From: an uncultured beta proteobacterium
Lineage (GTDB): Bacteria > Pseudomonadota > Gammaproteobacteria > Burkholderiales > Casimicrobiaceae
Direction of reading: 5' to 3'
NCBI GenBank assembly: GCA_963793355.1
Contig: CAWBZT010000005.1
Location: 132,864 to 196,863 of the forward strand
Length of the DNA stretch: 64,000 bases
Shown here: positions 11,060-24,622 of the stretch, in pieces
Position numbering within the stretch: position 1 is the stretch's first letter
Layout of the letters: each line of letters starts with the position of its first letter
Program-made: the position numbers and the translations under genes
Notes under the pieces: generated by a model
Database searches by the model: none
What the model saw: the letters and a program-made list of their open reading frames with translations, nothing else
Told to the model about the DNA's origin: nothing

Positions 11060-11470
11060 ATGACCCGTTTGGTCCATTACTACAGTCCGCTCAACCAGGT
11101 GCTCGATCGCGCGTTCGGCGCGTTCGTCAACGGCGAAGGCCACGCGTCCGCCGGTACCATTGCGCTCGACGTCGTCGAGACGCCGGACAGCTACATCGTC
11201 AAGGCGGTCGTGCCGGGCGTCGCGAAGGACAGGATCGAAGTCAACGTCGAAGACCGCGACGTCGCCATCAGCTACGAGACGCGCGAAGAGATCGCCGCCG
11301 AAGGCAAGTCGCTGTGGCGCGAGCGCAGCTACGGCAAGGTGAGCCGCGCGATCCGCCTGCCGGAAGCCGTCGATGCCGACAACGCGCAGGCGAAGCACGT
11401 CGATGGCGTGCTCGAGCTGACGCTGCCGAAGCTCGTCAAGGCGAAGGCGAAGCAGATCACGATCCAGTAG
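11060..11470 (+). CDS. Hsp20/alpha-crystallin small heat-shock protein
   Basis: LDVVETPDSY...PGV, ERSYGKVSRAIRLP and GVLELTLPK; GAGGAG RBS upstream. Confidence 0.93.
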   Translation: MTRLVHYYSPLNQVLDRAFGAFVNGEGHASAGTIALDVVETPDSYIVKAVVPGVAKDRIEVNVEDRDVAISYETREEIAAEGKSLWRERSYGKVSRAIRLPEAVDADNAQAKHVDGVLELTLPKLVKAKAKQITIQ

Positions 11471-11490
11471 CGAGCGCAGTCGTCGTACAC

Positions 11491-11524
11491 AAGAGCGCGG
11501 CCCCGAAGGCCGCGCTCTTTTTTT
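11491..11524 (+). terminator. intrinsic terminator
   Basis: AAGAGCGCGGCC-ccgaa-GGCCGCGCTCTT stem-loop followed by a T run. Confidence 0.88.
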
Positions 11525-11676
11525 GCGCGTTCGGCTTTCCGCGTGGGCCGCGTCGCCTGTAGACTTGGGCGCCACATGGGGGGACAGATGCCGCAGGTAT
11601 GCCGAAAGAATAATTCGACCGGCGGCACGCGATCATTCCCTCGTCCGTAGACGACAATCGAGCGGGATCGCCGGGT

Positions 11677-14600
11677 ATGCTCCGTCCTGACAAACGACGT
11701 GTCGCCCGCGCCCCGCAGGGCGCGGCAAGCGCGGGGGACGCGGCACCGGCCGCCATCGAGGGCGTCGCCGCACTGGCCCGCGCCGGCCGGCACGCCGACG
11801 CCGTCGAACGCGCGGCCGCAGCGCTCGATGCCGGCGGCGTGAACCCCGCCGACCGCATGACGCTGTTCGCCCTGCGTCTCGAGTCGCAGACCGCGCTCGG
11901 CCAGATTGAGCTTGCCGCCGCCGACGCCACGGCCATGGTCGAGCTCGCGGCCACGACGAAGTCGGTCGCGCTCAAGGCCCGCGCACTCGTCGGCCAGGTC
12001 CGCGTCCGGATCAGGCGGGACAACAAGGAGGCGCTCGCCTTCGCGGTCGCGGCGGCCAAGGCGGCGACGCAGTCGAAGGACGACGCGCTGATTGCGACCA
12101 GCCTGATGCTGCTCGGCGAGGTGCAGGGGCGCATCGGCGACGACGCCGAGGCGGCGCTGACGAATGCGCGCAAGGCCATCGCGATCTTCGAGCGGCTCGG
12201 CAATCCGGCCGGCCGCGGCCGCGCGCATTGGGTGGCAGGACTCGTGCACCTCCTCGCGCGGCGTCGCGAGGACGCGAGGGCGGCCTCCACGATCGCCTAC
12301 GAGTCGGCTCGCGAGGCCGGCGACTCGTACGGCGAGGGCAACGCACTCAATCTCCTTTCGCAGATCGACGCCGACATCGCGGACGCGATTCGCCGCCGTC
12401 ACGCCGCGCGAGAGGCGTTCGACCGCGCCGGCTACGTCGAGCAGCGGTCGATGATGATCGGCAACGTGGCGACGTCCTATGACGACCTCGGTCTCTACCA
12501 CCGCGCGCTACGGCTGCAGACCGAGGTTGCCGAAACGGGGCGCGCGATAGGCGCGAGGGGCCTGCTCACCTACGCGCTGGGCAATCAGTTCAGCGCGGAG
12601 ATCAAGCTCGGCCTCGTCGACGCGGCCCGCGCGCGCCTCGCGGAGTTCGCCGCGCTGGTTCCCGCACTTGGCGACGCCAACATGGCGTGCTCGGTCGAGA
12701 CCGGCGCGGGCGACCTGGCACTTGCGCTGGGCGACCCGACGCGCGCCGCGCGCCACTACCGCGCCGCCGCCGCCATGGCCCGCGACGCCGGTCTCGGAAC
12801 GGAGACGAGCTGCCTGGCGCTCCTTGGCCGCGCGTTGCTCGCCGCCGGTGAAGCGACGGCGGCGCTGCGCGCGACGACCCGGTCGACCGCGATGCACCGC
12901 GCGCAGGGCTACGCGCCGCCGGACCAGCTGTCGTCACAGGAGCTCTGGTGGCGCCATTCCCAGGCGCTCGCCGCCAACCGGAAGACCGCGGAGGCGCGCA
13001 AGGCGCTGGAACGGGCCTACGATTTCCTGCTGGACGGTATCGCGAGCCTCCGCGACGCGGGGCTGCGCCGGAGCTACCTCAACAAGGTCGCCGCCAACCG
13101 CGAGGTCCTCGCGGCGTGGCTTTCCGACGCGACGGCGCGCAAGCTCCCGCGCGAGCGCGCGCTGGCGCACCTTGCTGTCGAGGCGAACGTGCGCGAGCCG
13201 TTCAAGCGCCTTGCGGACACCGGCCTGCGACTCAACACGCTGCGCACCGGCGCCGAGATCCGCACGTTCATCGTCGAGGAAGCGACCGAGCTCTCCGGCG
13301 GCGAGCGCGTGCTGCTCATCCTCGAACGCGACGGCAGGCGCGAACTGGCGGACGCGCTCGTGCCGCAGGGCGAGGATGCGGGCAAGCTGTTGCGGGCGGT
13401 CGAACCGCTGGTGGCGCGCGCGGCGGCGACACGCGCGGCGGAGCTCAGCCATTCGCCGGCGTCGGGCGCACAGGTGAAGCAGCGATCACGCATCGTCGCG
13501 CCGCTCGTCATGCAGGGCGCGCTGCTCGGCTACCTCTACGTCGACATGGATGGCCTGTACGGCCGCTTCGACGATGCCGACCGCGACATGCTGGGGCTCC
13601 TCGCCAACCAGGCGGCCGTCGCGCTGGACAACGCGCAGTGGTCGCAAGGCCTCGAGGAGAAGGTTGCGCAGCGCACGGAGGAGCTGCAGGCTTCGAACGC
13701 CCTGATCGCGCAGCGGGCCGGCGAGCTCGCGGTCATCAACAGCATTCAGCAAGGTGTCGCAGCGGAGCTGGATTTTCAGGCGATCGTCGACCTGGTGGGG
13801 GACAAGCTCCGCGAGGTCTTCGACGCGGGGGATCTCAGCATCATCTGGCACGACGAGAATTCCGGTCTCCTGCACTATTTGTATGCCTATGAGCGCGGCA
13901 AGCGCCTGTCGATCGAGCCGCGCCCGCCCAATCCCGGCGGCTCGTTCGAAACAATGCGCCGGACCCGCCAGCCCAACGTGCTCAACACCGCCGCCGACTA
14001 CGCCCGATGGGCCGTGTCGACGATTCCCGGCACCGAAGCCAGCAAGTCGATGATCGACGTACCCGTCATCAGCGGCGACCGAATGCTCGGGATCGTCAGC
14101 ATCGAGAACTACGAGCGCGAGAACGCGTTCGGCGACGCCGAGCTCCGCCTCCTCACGACGATCGCCACGTCGCTCGGGACCGCGCTCGAGAACGCGCGCC
14201 TCTTCGACGAGACGCAGCGCCTGTTCAAGGAAAGCGAGCAACGTGCGGCCGAGCTCGCGATCATCAACAGCGTGCAGGAAGGGCTCGCGGCGCAGCTCGA
14301 GTTCCGCGCGATCATCGACCTCGTCGGCGACAAGATCGCGGAGATCTTCGGCACCAAGGACATGTCGATCGCGCTTTACGAACGGCACCGCAACATGGTC
14401 GCCATGCCGTTCTTCCTCGAGCACGGCGAGCGGTATCCGATCGAGCCAACGCCCCTGGGAAAGGGGTTCACGGCGCACATCATCAGGACGCGGCGGCCGC
14501 TGACCATCAACAGCGACTTGCCGCAGCGAATGGAAGAGCACGGCTCGAGCTTCATCGGCGACACCGAAACGGCGCAGCTTCCGGGCAGCTACGTCGGCGT

Positions 14601-17600
14601 CCCGATCCTGAAAGGCGAGGAAGCCCACGGCGTGATCGCGCTCTACGCCGAGAAGGAGAACTCCTTCGGCGACTCCGATGTGCGCCTTCTCCAGACGCTC
14701 GCCAACGCGATGACCGTCGCGCTCGACAACGCACGGCTGTTCGACGAGACGCAAAGGCTGTTGAAGGAGACCGAGCAGCGCGCCGCCGAGCTCGCGATCA
14801 TCAACAGCGTGCAGGAGGGCCTCGCGTCGAAGCTCGACATGCAGGCGATCTACGACCTCGTCGGCGACAAGATCCGCGAGATCTTCGACGCGCAGGTACT
14901 GGCGATTACGACGCTGGATACCGCGAGCAACATGCTCAATTTCCGGTACGTGATTGAACGCGGCCAGCGGCTCCATCCTCCCCCGGATCGCTGCGACGAC
15001 AGGGGCTTCACGCCGCGGGTCATCCGCACGCGGCAGCACGTCCTCGTCAACAGCGATATGACTCGCCACGCGGCCGCAGTCGGCTCGACGGTGATCGTCG
15101 GCGAGGACGCGAAGTCGGCGCTGTTCGTGCCGCTGCTGGTCGGCGACGAGGCGCGGGGCGTCATCTCGCTGCAGAACCTCGACCGCGAGGACGCGTTCAG
15201 CGAATCCGACGTCCGCCTGCTGCAGACGCTCGCCAACAGCATGAGCGTCGCGCTCGAAAACGCGCGCCTGTTCGACGAGACGCAGCGCCGGACGCGCGAG
15301 ACCGCGGCGCTCGCCGAGGTGGGTCGCGACATCTCGTCGACGCTCGACCTTGCCACGGTGATGGACCGCATCGCACGTCACGCGAAGGACCTGCTTGCTG
15401 CCGACACCAGCGCGATCTTCCTGCCCGACTCCGGCGGGCAGACGTACCGCGCCATCGTCGCGGTCGGCGACATCGCGGACGCGGTCCGCGCGATGACCGT
15501 CGAGGCCGGCCAGGGCATCATCGGCGGCATCGTGCAGAGCGGCCGTCCGGAATTCATCAACGACACGGCGGCGGACCCGCGCGGCATCCAGATCGAGGGC
15601 ACGCCGGACGAGAGCGACGAGCGCATGATGGTGGTCCCGTTGCTGGCGGGACAGGTAATCAAGGGCGCCATGACCGTGTGGCGCACAGGCAGTCGCCTGT
15701 TCGACGAGCGCGAGCTCGAGTTCCTCGTCGGCTTGTCGCTGCAGGCGGTGGTGGCGATCGAGAACGCGCGACTCTTTGCGCAGGCGGAACGCCGCGCCAC
15801 CGAGCTCGCGACGGTCAACACGGTGTCGCAGGAGCTTGCCGGCAAGCTGGAGGTCGGCGCGCTGCTCGAGCTCGTGGGCGAGCAGATCCGCAAGGTGTTC
15901 AACGCCGACGTCGCGTACGTCGCGCTGCTGGACCGCGCGCGCGGCATCATCGAGTTCCCCTATCAGTATGGCGAGGAGATCAAGCCGCTCGAGTACGGCG
16001 AGGGCCTGACGAGCAGGATCATCGACACCGGCAAGGCGCTGATCATCAACACGGCTGCCGACCGGGAGTCGAAGGCGCACAGTGCGCGCATCGTCGGCAG
16101 GCAGGCGCTCTCGTACCTCGGCGTGCCCATCACCGCAGGGGGCGTCTCGCTGGGCGTGATCAGCGTGCAGAGCACCCTGATCGAATGCGCCTACGACGCC
16201 GACGACGAGCGTCTGCTCGGCACCATCGCCGCCAACGTAGGCGTCGCGCTGCAGAACGCGCGGCTGTTCCACGAGGCCCGGGAGGCGCGCGCGGCCGCCG
16301 AGGCCGCGAACGAGGCGAAGAGCTCGTTTCTCGCGACGATGAGTCACGAGATCCGCACGCCGATGAACGCCGTCCTCGGCATGAGCGGGCTTTTGCTCGA
16401 CACGCCGCTCAACCCCGAGCAGCACGATTACGTCGCGACGATCCGCGATTCCGGCGATGCGCTCCTCACGATCATCAACGACATCCTCGACTTCTCCAAG
16501 ATCGAGGCCGGCCGGATGGACATCGAGTCGCAGCCGTTCGATTTGCGCGATTGCGTCGAGTCGGCGCTGGATCTCGTCAGCGCACGCGCAGCCGAGAAAT
16601 CGCTCGACACCGCCTACCTGTTCGAAGGCGACGTGCCGGCCGGCATCCGGGGCGACGTGACGCGACTGCGCCAGATCCTGCTCAACCTGCTGTCCAACGC
16701 GGTGAAGTTCACCGAGCGTGGCGAAGTCGTGGTGTCCGTCGGCGCGACGCCCGTGTCGTCGGGTGGCGTCGAGATCACGTTCGCCGTCCGCGACACCGGT
16801 ATCGGCCTCACCGCCGAAGGCATGAGCCGGCTGTTCCAGTCGTTCTCGCAGGCCGACTCGTCGACGACGCGCAAATACGGCGGCACCGGGCTCGGGCTCG
16901 CGATCAGCAAGCGCCTCGCGGAGCTGATGGGCGGCAGGATGTGGGCGGAAAGCGCGGGCGCAGGCAAGGGCGCCACGTTCCTTTTCACGATCCGCGTTCC
17001 CGTCGCCGAGCTGCAGCTGCCGAGCCGCCGCAACTTCGTCGGCACGCAGCCGGCGCTCGCGGGCAAGCGGATGCTGGTCGTCGACGACAACGCCACCAAC
17101 CGGCGCGTCCTCTCGCTGCAGACTGCCAAGTGGGGAATGCGGCCACGCGACACCGAGACGCCCGCGGAAGCGCTGCGGTGGCTCGAACAAGGCGAAGCCT
17201 TCGACCTGGCAATCCTCGACATGCATATGCCCGGGATGGACGGGCTCGAGCTCGCGAGGCGCATTCGCACGATGTGCCCGGGAATGCCGCTCGTCCTGTT
17301 CAGCTCGCTCGGACGTCGCGAGTCCGGCGACGGCGTGTTTGCCGCGACGCTCGCGAAGCCGATCCGCCAGTCGCAGCTCTTCGATACGCTCGTGAGCCTC
17401 CTCGGCGTGGACGAAGCGCCGAGGCCGGCGGCCGGCCCTGCGAAATCGTCGATGGACCCCGGCATGGCCGCGCGCCATCCGCTGCGCATCCTGCTCGCCG
17501 AGGACAACGTCGTCAACCAGAAGCTCGCGCTGCGCATCCTGCAGCAGATGGGCTACCGCGCCGACCTCGCGTCCAACGGCATCGAGGCCGTCGAGTCGAT

Positions 17601-17856
17601 CGAGCGCCAGCCGTACGACGTCGTGCTGATGGATGTGCAGATGCCCGAGATGGACGGGCTCGAGGCATCGCGTCGCATCACGCAGCGCTGGCCCGCGGCG
17701 GAGCGCCCGCGCATCGTCGCGATGACGGCCAACGCGATGCAGGGCGATCGCGAGCTGTGCCTGCAGGCGGGCATGGACGACTACCTGACCAAGCCGATCC
17801 GCGTCGAGCAGCTCGTCGCGGCACTCGATGCCGTGCTTGCGCGCGGGGACCGCTAG
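11677..17856 (+). CDS. giant soluble hybrid histidine kinase 1: TPR region - 6 GAF - HisKA - HATPase - REC - REC
   Basis: 2059 aa. Repeated ...ENARLF GAF ends, [15 protein letters not shown]-box, [29 protein letters not shown] and LMDVQMP receivers. No obvious TM helix. Confidence 0.92.
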   Translation: MLRPDKRRVARAPQGAASAGDAAPAAIEGVAALARAGRHADAVERAAAALDAGGVNPADRMTLFALRLESQTALGQIELAAADATAMVELAATTKSVALKARALVGQVRVRIRRDNKEALAFAVAAAKAATQSKDDALIATSLMLLGEVQGRIGDDAEAALTNARKAIAIFERLGNPAGRGRAHWVAGLVHLLARRREDARAASTIAYESAREAGDSYGEGNALNLLSQIDADIADAIRRRHAAREAFDRAGYVEQRSMMIGNVATSYDDLGLYHRALRLQTEVAETGRAIGARGLLTYALGNQFSAEIKLGLVDAARARLAEFAALVPALGDANMACSVETGAGDLALALGDPTRAARHYRAAAAMARDAGLGTETSCLALLGRALLAAGEATAALRATTRSTAMHRAQGYAPPDQLSSQELWWRHSQALAANRKTAEARKALERAYDFLLDGIASLRDAGLRRSYLNKVAANREVLAAWLSDATARKLPRERALAHLAVEANVREPFKRLADTGLRLNTLRTGAEIRTFIVEEATELSGGERVLLILERDGRRELADALVPQGEDAGKLLRAVEPLVARAAATRAAELSHSPASGAQVKQRSRIVAPLVMQGALLGYLYVDMDGLYGRFDDADRDMLGLLANQAAVALDNAQWSQGLEEKVAQRTEELQASNALIAQRAGELAVINSIQQGVAAELDFQAIVDLVGDKLREVFDAGDLSIIWHDENSGLLHYLYAYERGKRLSIEPRPPNPGGSFETMRRTRQPNVLNTAADYARWAVSTIPGTEASKSMIDVPVISGDRMLGIVSIENYERENAFGDAELRLLTTIATSLGTALENARLFDETQRLFKESEQRAAELAIINSVQEGLAAQLEFRAIIDLVGDKIAEIFGTKDMSIALYERHRNMVAMPFFLEHGERYPIEPTPLGKGFTAHIIRTRRPLTINSDLPQRMEEHGSSFIGDTETAQLPGSYVGVPILKGEEAHGVIALYAEKENSFGDSDVRLLQTLANAMTVALDNARLFDETQRLLKETEQRAAELAIINSVQEGLASKLDMQAIYDLVGDKIREIFDAQVLAITTLDTASNMLNFRYVIERGQRLHPPPDRCDDRGFTPRVIRTRQHVLVNSDMTRHAAAVGSTVIVGEDAKSALFVPLLVGDEARGVISLQNLDREDAFSESDVRLLQTLANSMSVALENARLFDETQRRTRETAALAEVGRDISSTLDLATVMDRIARHAKDLLAADTSAIFLPDSGGQTYRAIVAVGDIADAVRAMTVEAGQGIIGGIVQSGRPEFINDTAADPRGIQIEGTPDESDERMMVVPLLAGQVIKGAMTVWRTGSRLFDERELEFLVGLSLQAVVAIENARLFAQAERRATELATVNTVSQELAGKLEVGALLELVGEQIRKVFNADVAYVALLDRARGIIEFPYQYGEEIKPLEYGEGLTSRIIDTGKALIINTAADRESKAHSARIVGRQALSYLGVPITAGGVSLGVISVQSTLIECAYDADDERLLGTIAANVGVALQNARLFHEAREARAAAEAANEAKSSFLATMSHEIRTPMNAVLGMSGLLLDTPLNPEQHDYVATIRDSGDALLTIINDILDFSKIEAGRMDIESQPFDLRDCVESALDLVSARAAEKSLDTAYLFEGDVPAGIRGDVTRLRQILLNLLSNAVKFTERGEVVVSVGATPVSSGGVEITFAVRDTGIGLTAEGMSRLFQSFSQADSSTTRKYGGTGLGLAISKRLAELMGGRMWAESAGAGKGATFLFTIRVPVAELQLPSRRNFVGTQPALAGKRMLVVDDNATNRRVLSLQTAKWGMRPRDTETPAEALRWLEQGEAFDLAILDMHMPGMDGLELARRIRTMCPGMPLVLFSSLGRRESGDGVFAATLAKPIRQSQLFDTLVSLLGVDEAPRPAAGPAKSSMDPGMAARHPLRILLAEDNVVNQKLALRILQQMGYRADLASNGIEAVESIERQPYDVVLMDVQMPEMDGLEASRRITQRWPAAERPRIVAMTANAMQGDRELCLQAGMDDYLTKPIRVEQLVAALDAVLARGDR

Positions 17857-17860
17857 TCTC

Positions 17861-20800
17861 GTGGCCGCGAAGAGCCGAACGCGATCCGTCCGTCGTCCCG
17901 GACGCGCCGCGGCCGCGCCCGTGTCGCCGGAAGCGGCCGTCGCCGCAGCGCGCGACCTCGCATGGATCGGCCAGCATTCGCAAGCCATCGACGCCGCGAC
18001 GGCGGCACTGGCCGCGGCGGAAGACGACACGCTTCGGTTGGCGCTGCTCGACGTTCGCGCCCAGAGTTTCATTGCGCAAGGCGAGATGACACGCGCGCGT
18101 CAGGATGCCGACGCGATGATCGCTGTCGCTGCGAGCAACCACACGCCGGCGCACGAGGCGCAGGCCCAGAATTGCCTCTCGTTCGTGCAACGGCTGTCCG
18201 GCGAAGAGGGCGCCGCCGTCGCGACCGCTGCACGCGCAGTGGCCGCCGCGCGACGCAGCCGGCGCAAGGCGCTGATCGCCGCCAGCCTGCTCCGCCTCGC
18301 CGAGGCGCGCGGGCGCGCGCGTGTGGACGTGGAGGCAGCTCTCGAGAACGCGCGCGCCGCGGAACAGCTGTTCCGCGAGCTCGGCGACACCGTCGGGCGC
18401 GACCGCGCACTGCATGCCGCGTCCGTCGCGCAGTTTCATCTCGGCCATGCCGCCGCCAGCGAGCGCGCTGCCGCCGACGCCCTGGCGCTGGCCCGCACCG
18501 CTGGGGACCGCTACGGCGAGGGCGCTGCGCTGAACATGATGTACCGGATGCACGACGACCATGCAATGCAGTTGCGCGGGCTGCGCGAGGCGCTTGCCGC
18601 GCACGAGGCGGCCGGGAACGCCACGGCGCAGGCGGGAATCTTCAACAACCTGTGCCTGGCCTACGCCCCGCTGGGCCTGCACCGGCATGCGCGCCGCATG
18701 ATGCTGCGATCGCTGGAGATCTTTCGCCGCACGCACGCGACGAGCTCGGTGGTCAACGGATTGACGATCCTCGCCGTGATCGAGGCGCGGCTGGGCGACA
18801 CCGCGGCGCAGCGGCACTGCATCGACGAAGCCTCAACGCTGAATGCGACGCTCTCCGACCGATTTTTCGACCCGACGCTCGCGCTGGTTCGCGGGCGCAT
18901 CGCGATGGCGACCGGCGACGTCAAGGCCGCGGTGCCGCACCTGGAGGAGGCCGTTCGCGGTGTGGGCGACCGCGCCGAGACCAGTTACGCGATCGGTTGG
19001 GGCGTCTGGCTCGCCGCAGCGTATCTGTGCATCGGCAATGCGGCTGCGGCGCTCGCGGCCACGACCCGAGCCGTCGACCTGTTTCGCGCCCGCGAGCGAC
19101 ATGGTCTCGACACCATGCAGTCGCCCGTCGAAGTGCTGTGGTGGCACCACCGCGCGTTGATCGCGAATGGCAAGTACGCGCAGGCCCGCAAGGCGCTGGA
19201 ATCGGCCTACGCGCTTCTGCTCGACGGCATCGCCACGCTGAGCGACGAGGGACTGCGCCGCAGCTATCTCAACAAGATGGACGCGCACCGCGCGATCGTC
19301 CTGGCGTGGATCGCGCACGCACGCGGCCGGCCTTTCTCCGTCAAGCGACAGTCTGCGCATCTCGCCGGCGAGGCCGACTTGCGCGCGCCGTTCGAGCGCC
19401 TCGCCGAGACCGGCATGCGCCTGAACGAGATCCGCAGCGTGGCCGGGTTACAGGAATTCCTGATCGACGCCGTGACCGAGCTCTCCGGCGCCGAGCGCGT
19501 GCTGCTCGTGCTCGAGGGCGACGACAAGCCGACGATCGCCGGGGCGCTGCTGCCGAAGGGCGAGGACGCGGACGCGCTGTTGCGCAGCGTCGCACCGTGG
19601 CTCGAAGAAGCGCGCCGCACGCGCACGATCGGACTGCGCCACGTGCCGGAAGGTGCCACGGCGCTCGACCAGCGCTCGTCGCTGATCGCGCCGCTGATCG
19701 CGCAGCAGCGCTTGCTGGGCCTGCTGTACCTCGACATCGACGGCGCGTTCGGCCGCTTCCACGACACTGATCGCGACCTCATCGCGATGCTGGCAGCGCA
19801 GGCGGCCGTCGCGCTCGACAACGCGCAGTTCGCGCAGGGTCTCGAAGCGAAGGTCGCGGAGCGCACCGCCGATCTGCAGGCGTCCAACGCCCGCACCGAG
19901 CAGCGCGCGGCCGAGCTCGCGCTGATCAACAGCATCCAGGAGGGCATGGCGGCCGAGCTCAACTTCCAGGCGATCGTCGACCTGGTCGGCGACAAGCTGG
20001 TCAAGCTGTTCGCGACCGACACGCTGGTCATCGCGCTGGCTCGACGAGGCAGCCGGGCTCCTGCATCTGCCATACGGCGTCGAGCGCGGCCGGCGGCTCC
20101 ACGTGCCGTCGTCGCGGATCGCCGACGTCCTGACCGGGCGGCGCTGGCACGCGATCATGCTCGCCCGTCAGCCGCTCGTCTGGCGCAACCAGTCCGACTA
20201 TCGGGCCCTCGAGATGCTCGTGGCCGAAGGCACGGAGATGAGCCGTTCCGGCGTGGCCGTGCCGATCTTCGCCGGCGAGCGGATGCTCGGTTTCATGTCG
20301 GTGGAAAACATGGACCGCGACGACGCCTTCGGCGAGCCCGACGTGCGCCTGCTGTCGACCGTGGCCGCCAGCATGGGCGTCGCGCTGCGAGAACGCGCGG
20401 CTCTTCGACGAGACGCAGCGCCTGCTGAAGGAGACCGAGCGCCGCTCGTCCGAGCTCGCGGTGATCAACAGCATCCAGCAGGGGATGGCGAAGGAGCTCA
20501 ACTTCCAGGCCATCGTCGACCTGGTCGGCGACAAGCTGCGCGCGATGTTCGCCACCGGCGACCTGGCGATTCACTGGCGCGACGAGACCACCGAGATCGT
20601 CCACCATCTCTACGTCTACGAGCACGGCGAGCGGCTGGCGCCCCGCACTTCAGCATACAAGCCTGACGCGAAGATCAATCGGGCCCTGCAGACCGGCGGG
20701 CCCGTCGTGCTGGGCGACCGCGCCGCGATGGACGCCATCGGCCTCACGGTGGTGGAAGGCACGGACGCCAGCCTGTCGTGCATCTTCGTGCCCGTGATGG

Positions 20801-23800
20801 TGGGCGAGCGGCTGATCGCCGCGATCTCGATCGAGAGCTTCGAGCGCGAGCACGCGTTCGACGACGCGCAGGTGCACATGCTGTCGACGATCGCGGCGTC
20901 GATGGGCGTCGCGCTGGAGAACGCGCGCCTGCTCGAGGAAACGCAGCGCAACGCGCGCGAATCGTCGGCGCTGGGGGACGTCGGCCGCGACCTGTCGGCG
21001 ACGCTCGACCTGGCGACAGTCATGGACCGCATCGCCGGCCATGCCAAGGAGCTGCTCGGCGCCGGCAACAGCGCGATCTTCCTGCCGGAGACGGACGGCA
21101 GGGACTATCGCGCGATCGTCGCCCTCGGCGAGCTGTCCGACCGGCTCAAGTCCGCGGTCGTCGAGCCGGGACGGGGCATCGTCGGCAGCGTCATCGAGAG
21201 CGGCCGGCCGGAGCGGATCAACGACACCGCCGCCGACCCGCGCGTGGTCCAGATCCCCGGCACCGAGCTGCGCCGCGACGAGCGCCTGATGGTGGTGCCG
21301 CTGCTCGCCGGCGACGACGGTGCAGGGTGCGATGGCGGTATGGCGCAACGGCGGCAGCCTCTTCGAGGCGCGCGAACTGGAATTCCTGGTCGGGCTGTCG
21401 CGCCAGGCGACGATCGCGTTGCAGAACGCGCGGCTGTTCAACGAGGTCCACGAAACGCTCGGCCGGCAGACGGCGACGGCCGAAATCCTGAAGGTGATCA
21501 GCAGCTCGCCCACGGATGTGCAACCGGTGTTCGACGCCATCGTCGAGGCCGCGCTCCGTTTGCTGCCGTCGACGTTCACCGTGGTCCTGCGCCGCGACGG
21601 CGACAGCTATCGCCTGGCTGCCACCGCGAATCGCGACGCAGCGCAGCGCCGGCGCAGGCTCGAAGACCATCCACCGCTGGTGCCCATCGACCCCACCCAG
21701 AACTTTCCGTCGCGCGTGTTCGTCAGCAAGGAGATTCTGCACATCCCCGACTGGACGGCGATCGAGCTGCCCCCGCACGAGCGCAACGTCTTCGAAGGCA
21801 CGGGCCTCCATTCGTCGCTGATGCTGCCGCTCGTCTGCGACGGCGAATGCGTCGGCGTCCTCGCGATCGCACATACGAAGCCGCATGCGTACGACAAGGA
21901 GGAGATCGCGCTGGCGCAATCGTTCGTCGACCAGGCGGTGATCGCGATCCAGAATACGCGGCTGTTCAACGAAACGCAGGAGGCACTGGCCCGTCAGACC
22001 GCCACTTCCGACGTGCTGCAGGTGATCAGCGAATCGCCGACCGATGTGCAGCCGGTACTCGACGTCATCGCCGAGCGGGCAGCGGCGCTGACGGGGGGCG
22101 CTTCTGCCTCGTGACGCGGCTCGACGGCGAACTGGTGCACCTGGTCAGCATTCATGGCGTCAATGCGGCCGGCAGCGACGCGTTGCGCGCGGCATGGCCG
22201 CAGCGGCTCGACGACAGCACGTCGATCGCCGTGCAGGCGATCCGCAGCCGCGGCGTCGTCAACGTCGCCGACCTGCTTGCGCTCTCGGACACCGATTACG
22301 CGCCGGCGATGAAGCGCGCCGCCGAGCTGGCGGGCTTTCGCAGCGCAATGAGCGTTCCGATGCTGCGTGAGCACCAGGTGATCGGCGCGATCACGGTCAA
22401 CCGCGCCGAGCCCGGGCTCTACGCCGACAAGGAAATCGCGCTGCTGCAGACGTTCGCCCGCCAGGCGGTGGTTGCGATCGAGAACGTCCGGCTGTTCAAC
22501 GAGACGAGGGAGGCGCTGGAGCAGCAGACGGCGACCGCGGAGGTGCTGCGCGCGATCAGCGGCTCGGTGTCGGACGCCGCCCCGGTGTTCGAGCAGATCC
22601 TCGACAGCTGCCAACGCCTGTTCGCAGTGACGCAAGTTGCCGTCATGCTGGTACGCGACGGCGACCGCGTATACCCGGCCGCGTGGCGCGGGGCGACATT
22701 CGAAGCGCTTTCGCGGGTCGTCGGGTCGATGCCGCTGGAGGGTTCGTTCACCGGGCGCGCGCTGCGCGACGGCGGCATCGTACAGGCTACACAGCGCGAC
22801 GCCGCAAAGTTCGACCACCCCGGCGTTCGCCAGATCGCGGAGTCCATGGGCGACTACACCGCTGTCTATAGCCCGATGTTCTGGGAAGGACGCGGCATCG
22901 GCTCGATCTGCCTGTTTCGACAGCCACCGCGGCCTTTCAGCGAAAAGGAGCAGGCGCTGTTGCGGACGTTCTCCGACCAGGCCGTCATTGCAATCCAGAA
23001 CGCGCAGCTCTTCCGCGAGGCGCAGGAGTCTCGCGGCGCGGCCGAGGCCGCCAACGAAGCCAAGAGCGCCTTCCTGGCGACGATGAGCCACGAGATCCGC
23101 ACGCCGATGAACGCCGTCATCGGCATGAGCGGCCTGCTGCTCGACACGAAGCTCGACTTCGAGCAGCACGACTACGCGTCGACGATCCGCGACAGCGGCG
23201 ATGCATTGCTGACGATCATCAACGACATCCTCGACTTCTCCAAGATCGAGGCCGGTCGGATGGACATCGAGGCAGCGCCGTTCGACCTGCGCGATTGCGT
23301 CGAGTCGGCGCTCGACCTCGTCAGCACGCGCGCGGCGGAGAAGCACCTCGACATCGCGTACGTGTTCGAAGGCGACGTTCCTGCCGCGGTGAACGGCGAC
23401 GTGACGCGGCTGCGCCAGATCCTGCTCAACCTCCTGTCGAACGCAGTGAAGTTCACCGAGGCCGGCGAAGTGGTGATAACGGTGAGCGCCGGCACGAAGA
23501 ACGGCGCGTCGGAGCTGCGTTTTGCCGTGCGCGACACCGGCATCGGCTTGAGCACCACGGGCCTTTCGCGCCTGTTCCAGTCGTTCTCGCAGGCCGACTC
23601 GTCGACGACCCGCAAATACGGCGGCACGGGCCTCGGGCTCGCGATCAGCAAGCGGCTGGCCGAGCTGATGGGCGGCACGATGTGGGCCGAGAGCGCGGGA
23701 CCCGGGACCGGCTCGACATTCTTCGTGACGATTCGCGCGCATCCCGCGCAGTTGCCGCCGAACGCGCGCCGCGAGTTCATCGGCACGCAGCCCGCGCTTT

Positions 23801-24606
23801 CGGGCAAGCGACTGCTGATCGTCGACGACAACGCCACCAACCGGAAGATCCTCGCGTTGCAAACTGCCAAATGGGGCATGCTGCCGCGCGACACCGAATC
23901 TCCGTCCGAGGCGCTGCGCTGGCTGCGGCAGGGCGATGCCTTCGATGCCGCGATCCTCGACATGCACATGCCGCAGATGGACGGCGTAATGCTGGCGAAG
24001 CGTATTCGCGAGCTTCCCGCCGCCCTCCCCCTCGTGCTGTTCACGTCGCTGGGCCGCCGCGAAGCCGGCAACACCGAAACGCTCTTCGCCGCGACGCTCG
24101 CCAAGCCGCTGCGCCAGTCGCAGCTCTTCGACACGCTGATGACGCTGCTCGGGCGCGAAGCCGCGGACGCCGCGCCGCGGCCGGCCGCGCCCGACAAGCC
24201 GAAGCTCGACGGCGGCATGGCCGCACGCCACCCGCTGCGCATCCTGCTCGCCGAGGACAACGTCGTGAACCAGAAGCTCGCGCTGCGCATCCTGCAGCAG
24301 ATGGGCTACCGCGCCGACCTCGCGTCGAACGGCGTCGAGGCGGTCGAGAGCCTGGAGCGCCAGACCTACGACGTCGTGCTGATGGACGTGCAGATGCCGG
24401 AGATGGACGGGCTCGAGGCGTCGAAAGCGATCACGGCGCGCTGGAGCGCGTCCGAGCGGCCGCGCATCGTCGCCATGACCGCCAACGCGATGCAGGGCGA
24501 CCGCGAGCTGTGCCTCGCGGCGGGCATGGACGACTACGTCACCAAGCCCATCCGTGTCGATGCCTTGGTCGAAGCGCTGACCCGCGTCACCGCAAGGCGG
24601 AGTTGA
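17861..24606 (+). CDS. giant hybrid histidine kinase 2: TPR - 7 GAF - HisKA - HATPase - REC - REC (4 apparent frameshifts)
   Basis: Stitched from ORFs 17828.., 20103.., 20461.., 21320.. and back to the 20461 frame. Indels near 20036, 20387, 21318 and 22095. Paralogous to kinase 1; GTG start at 17861 inferred. Confidence 0.85.
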
Positions 24607-24622
24607 AAATGGGGGATCGAAG

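Noticed and set aside
11006-11060. ROSE RNA thermometer in the hsp20 leader
   Set aside because: No U(U/C)GCU anti-SD motif pairing with the RBS is visible.
13486-18072. Very long antisense ORFs (1528 aa here; also 1482..4064, 21994..25119, 27347..30280, 32367..35393)
   Set aside because: Shadow frames of real genes in high-GC DNA, with no recognisable motifs.
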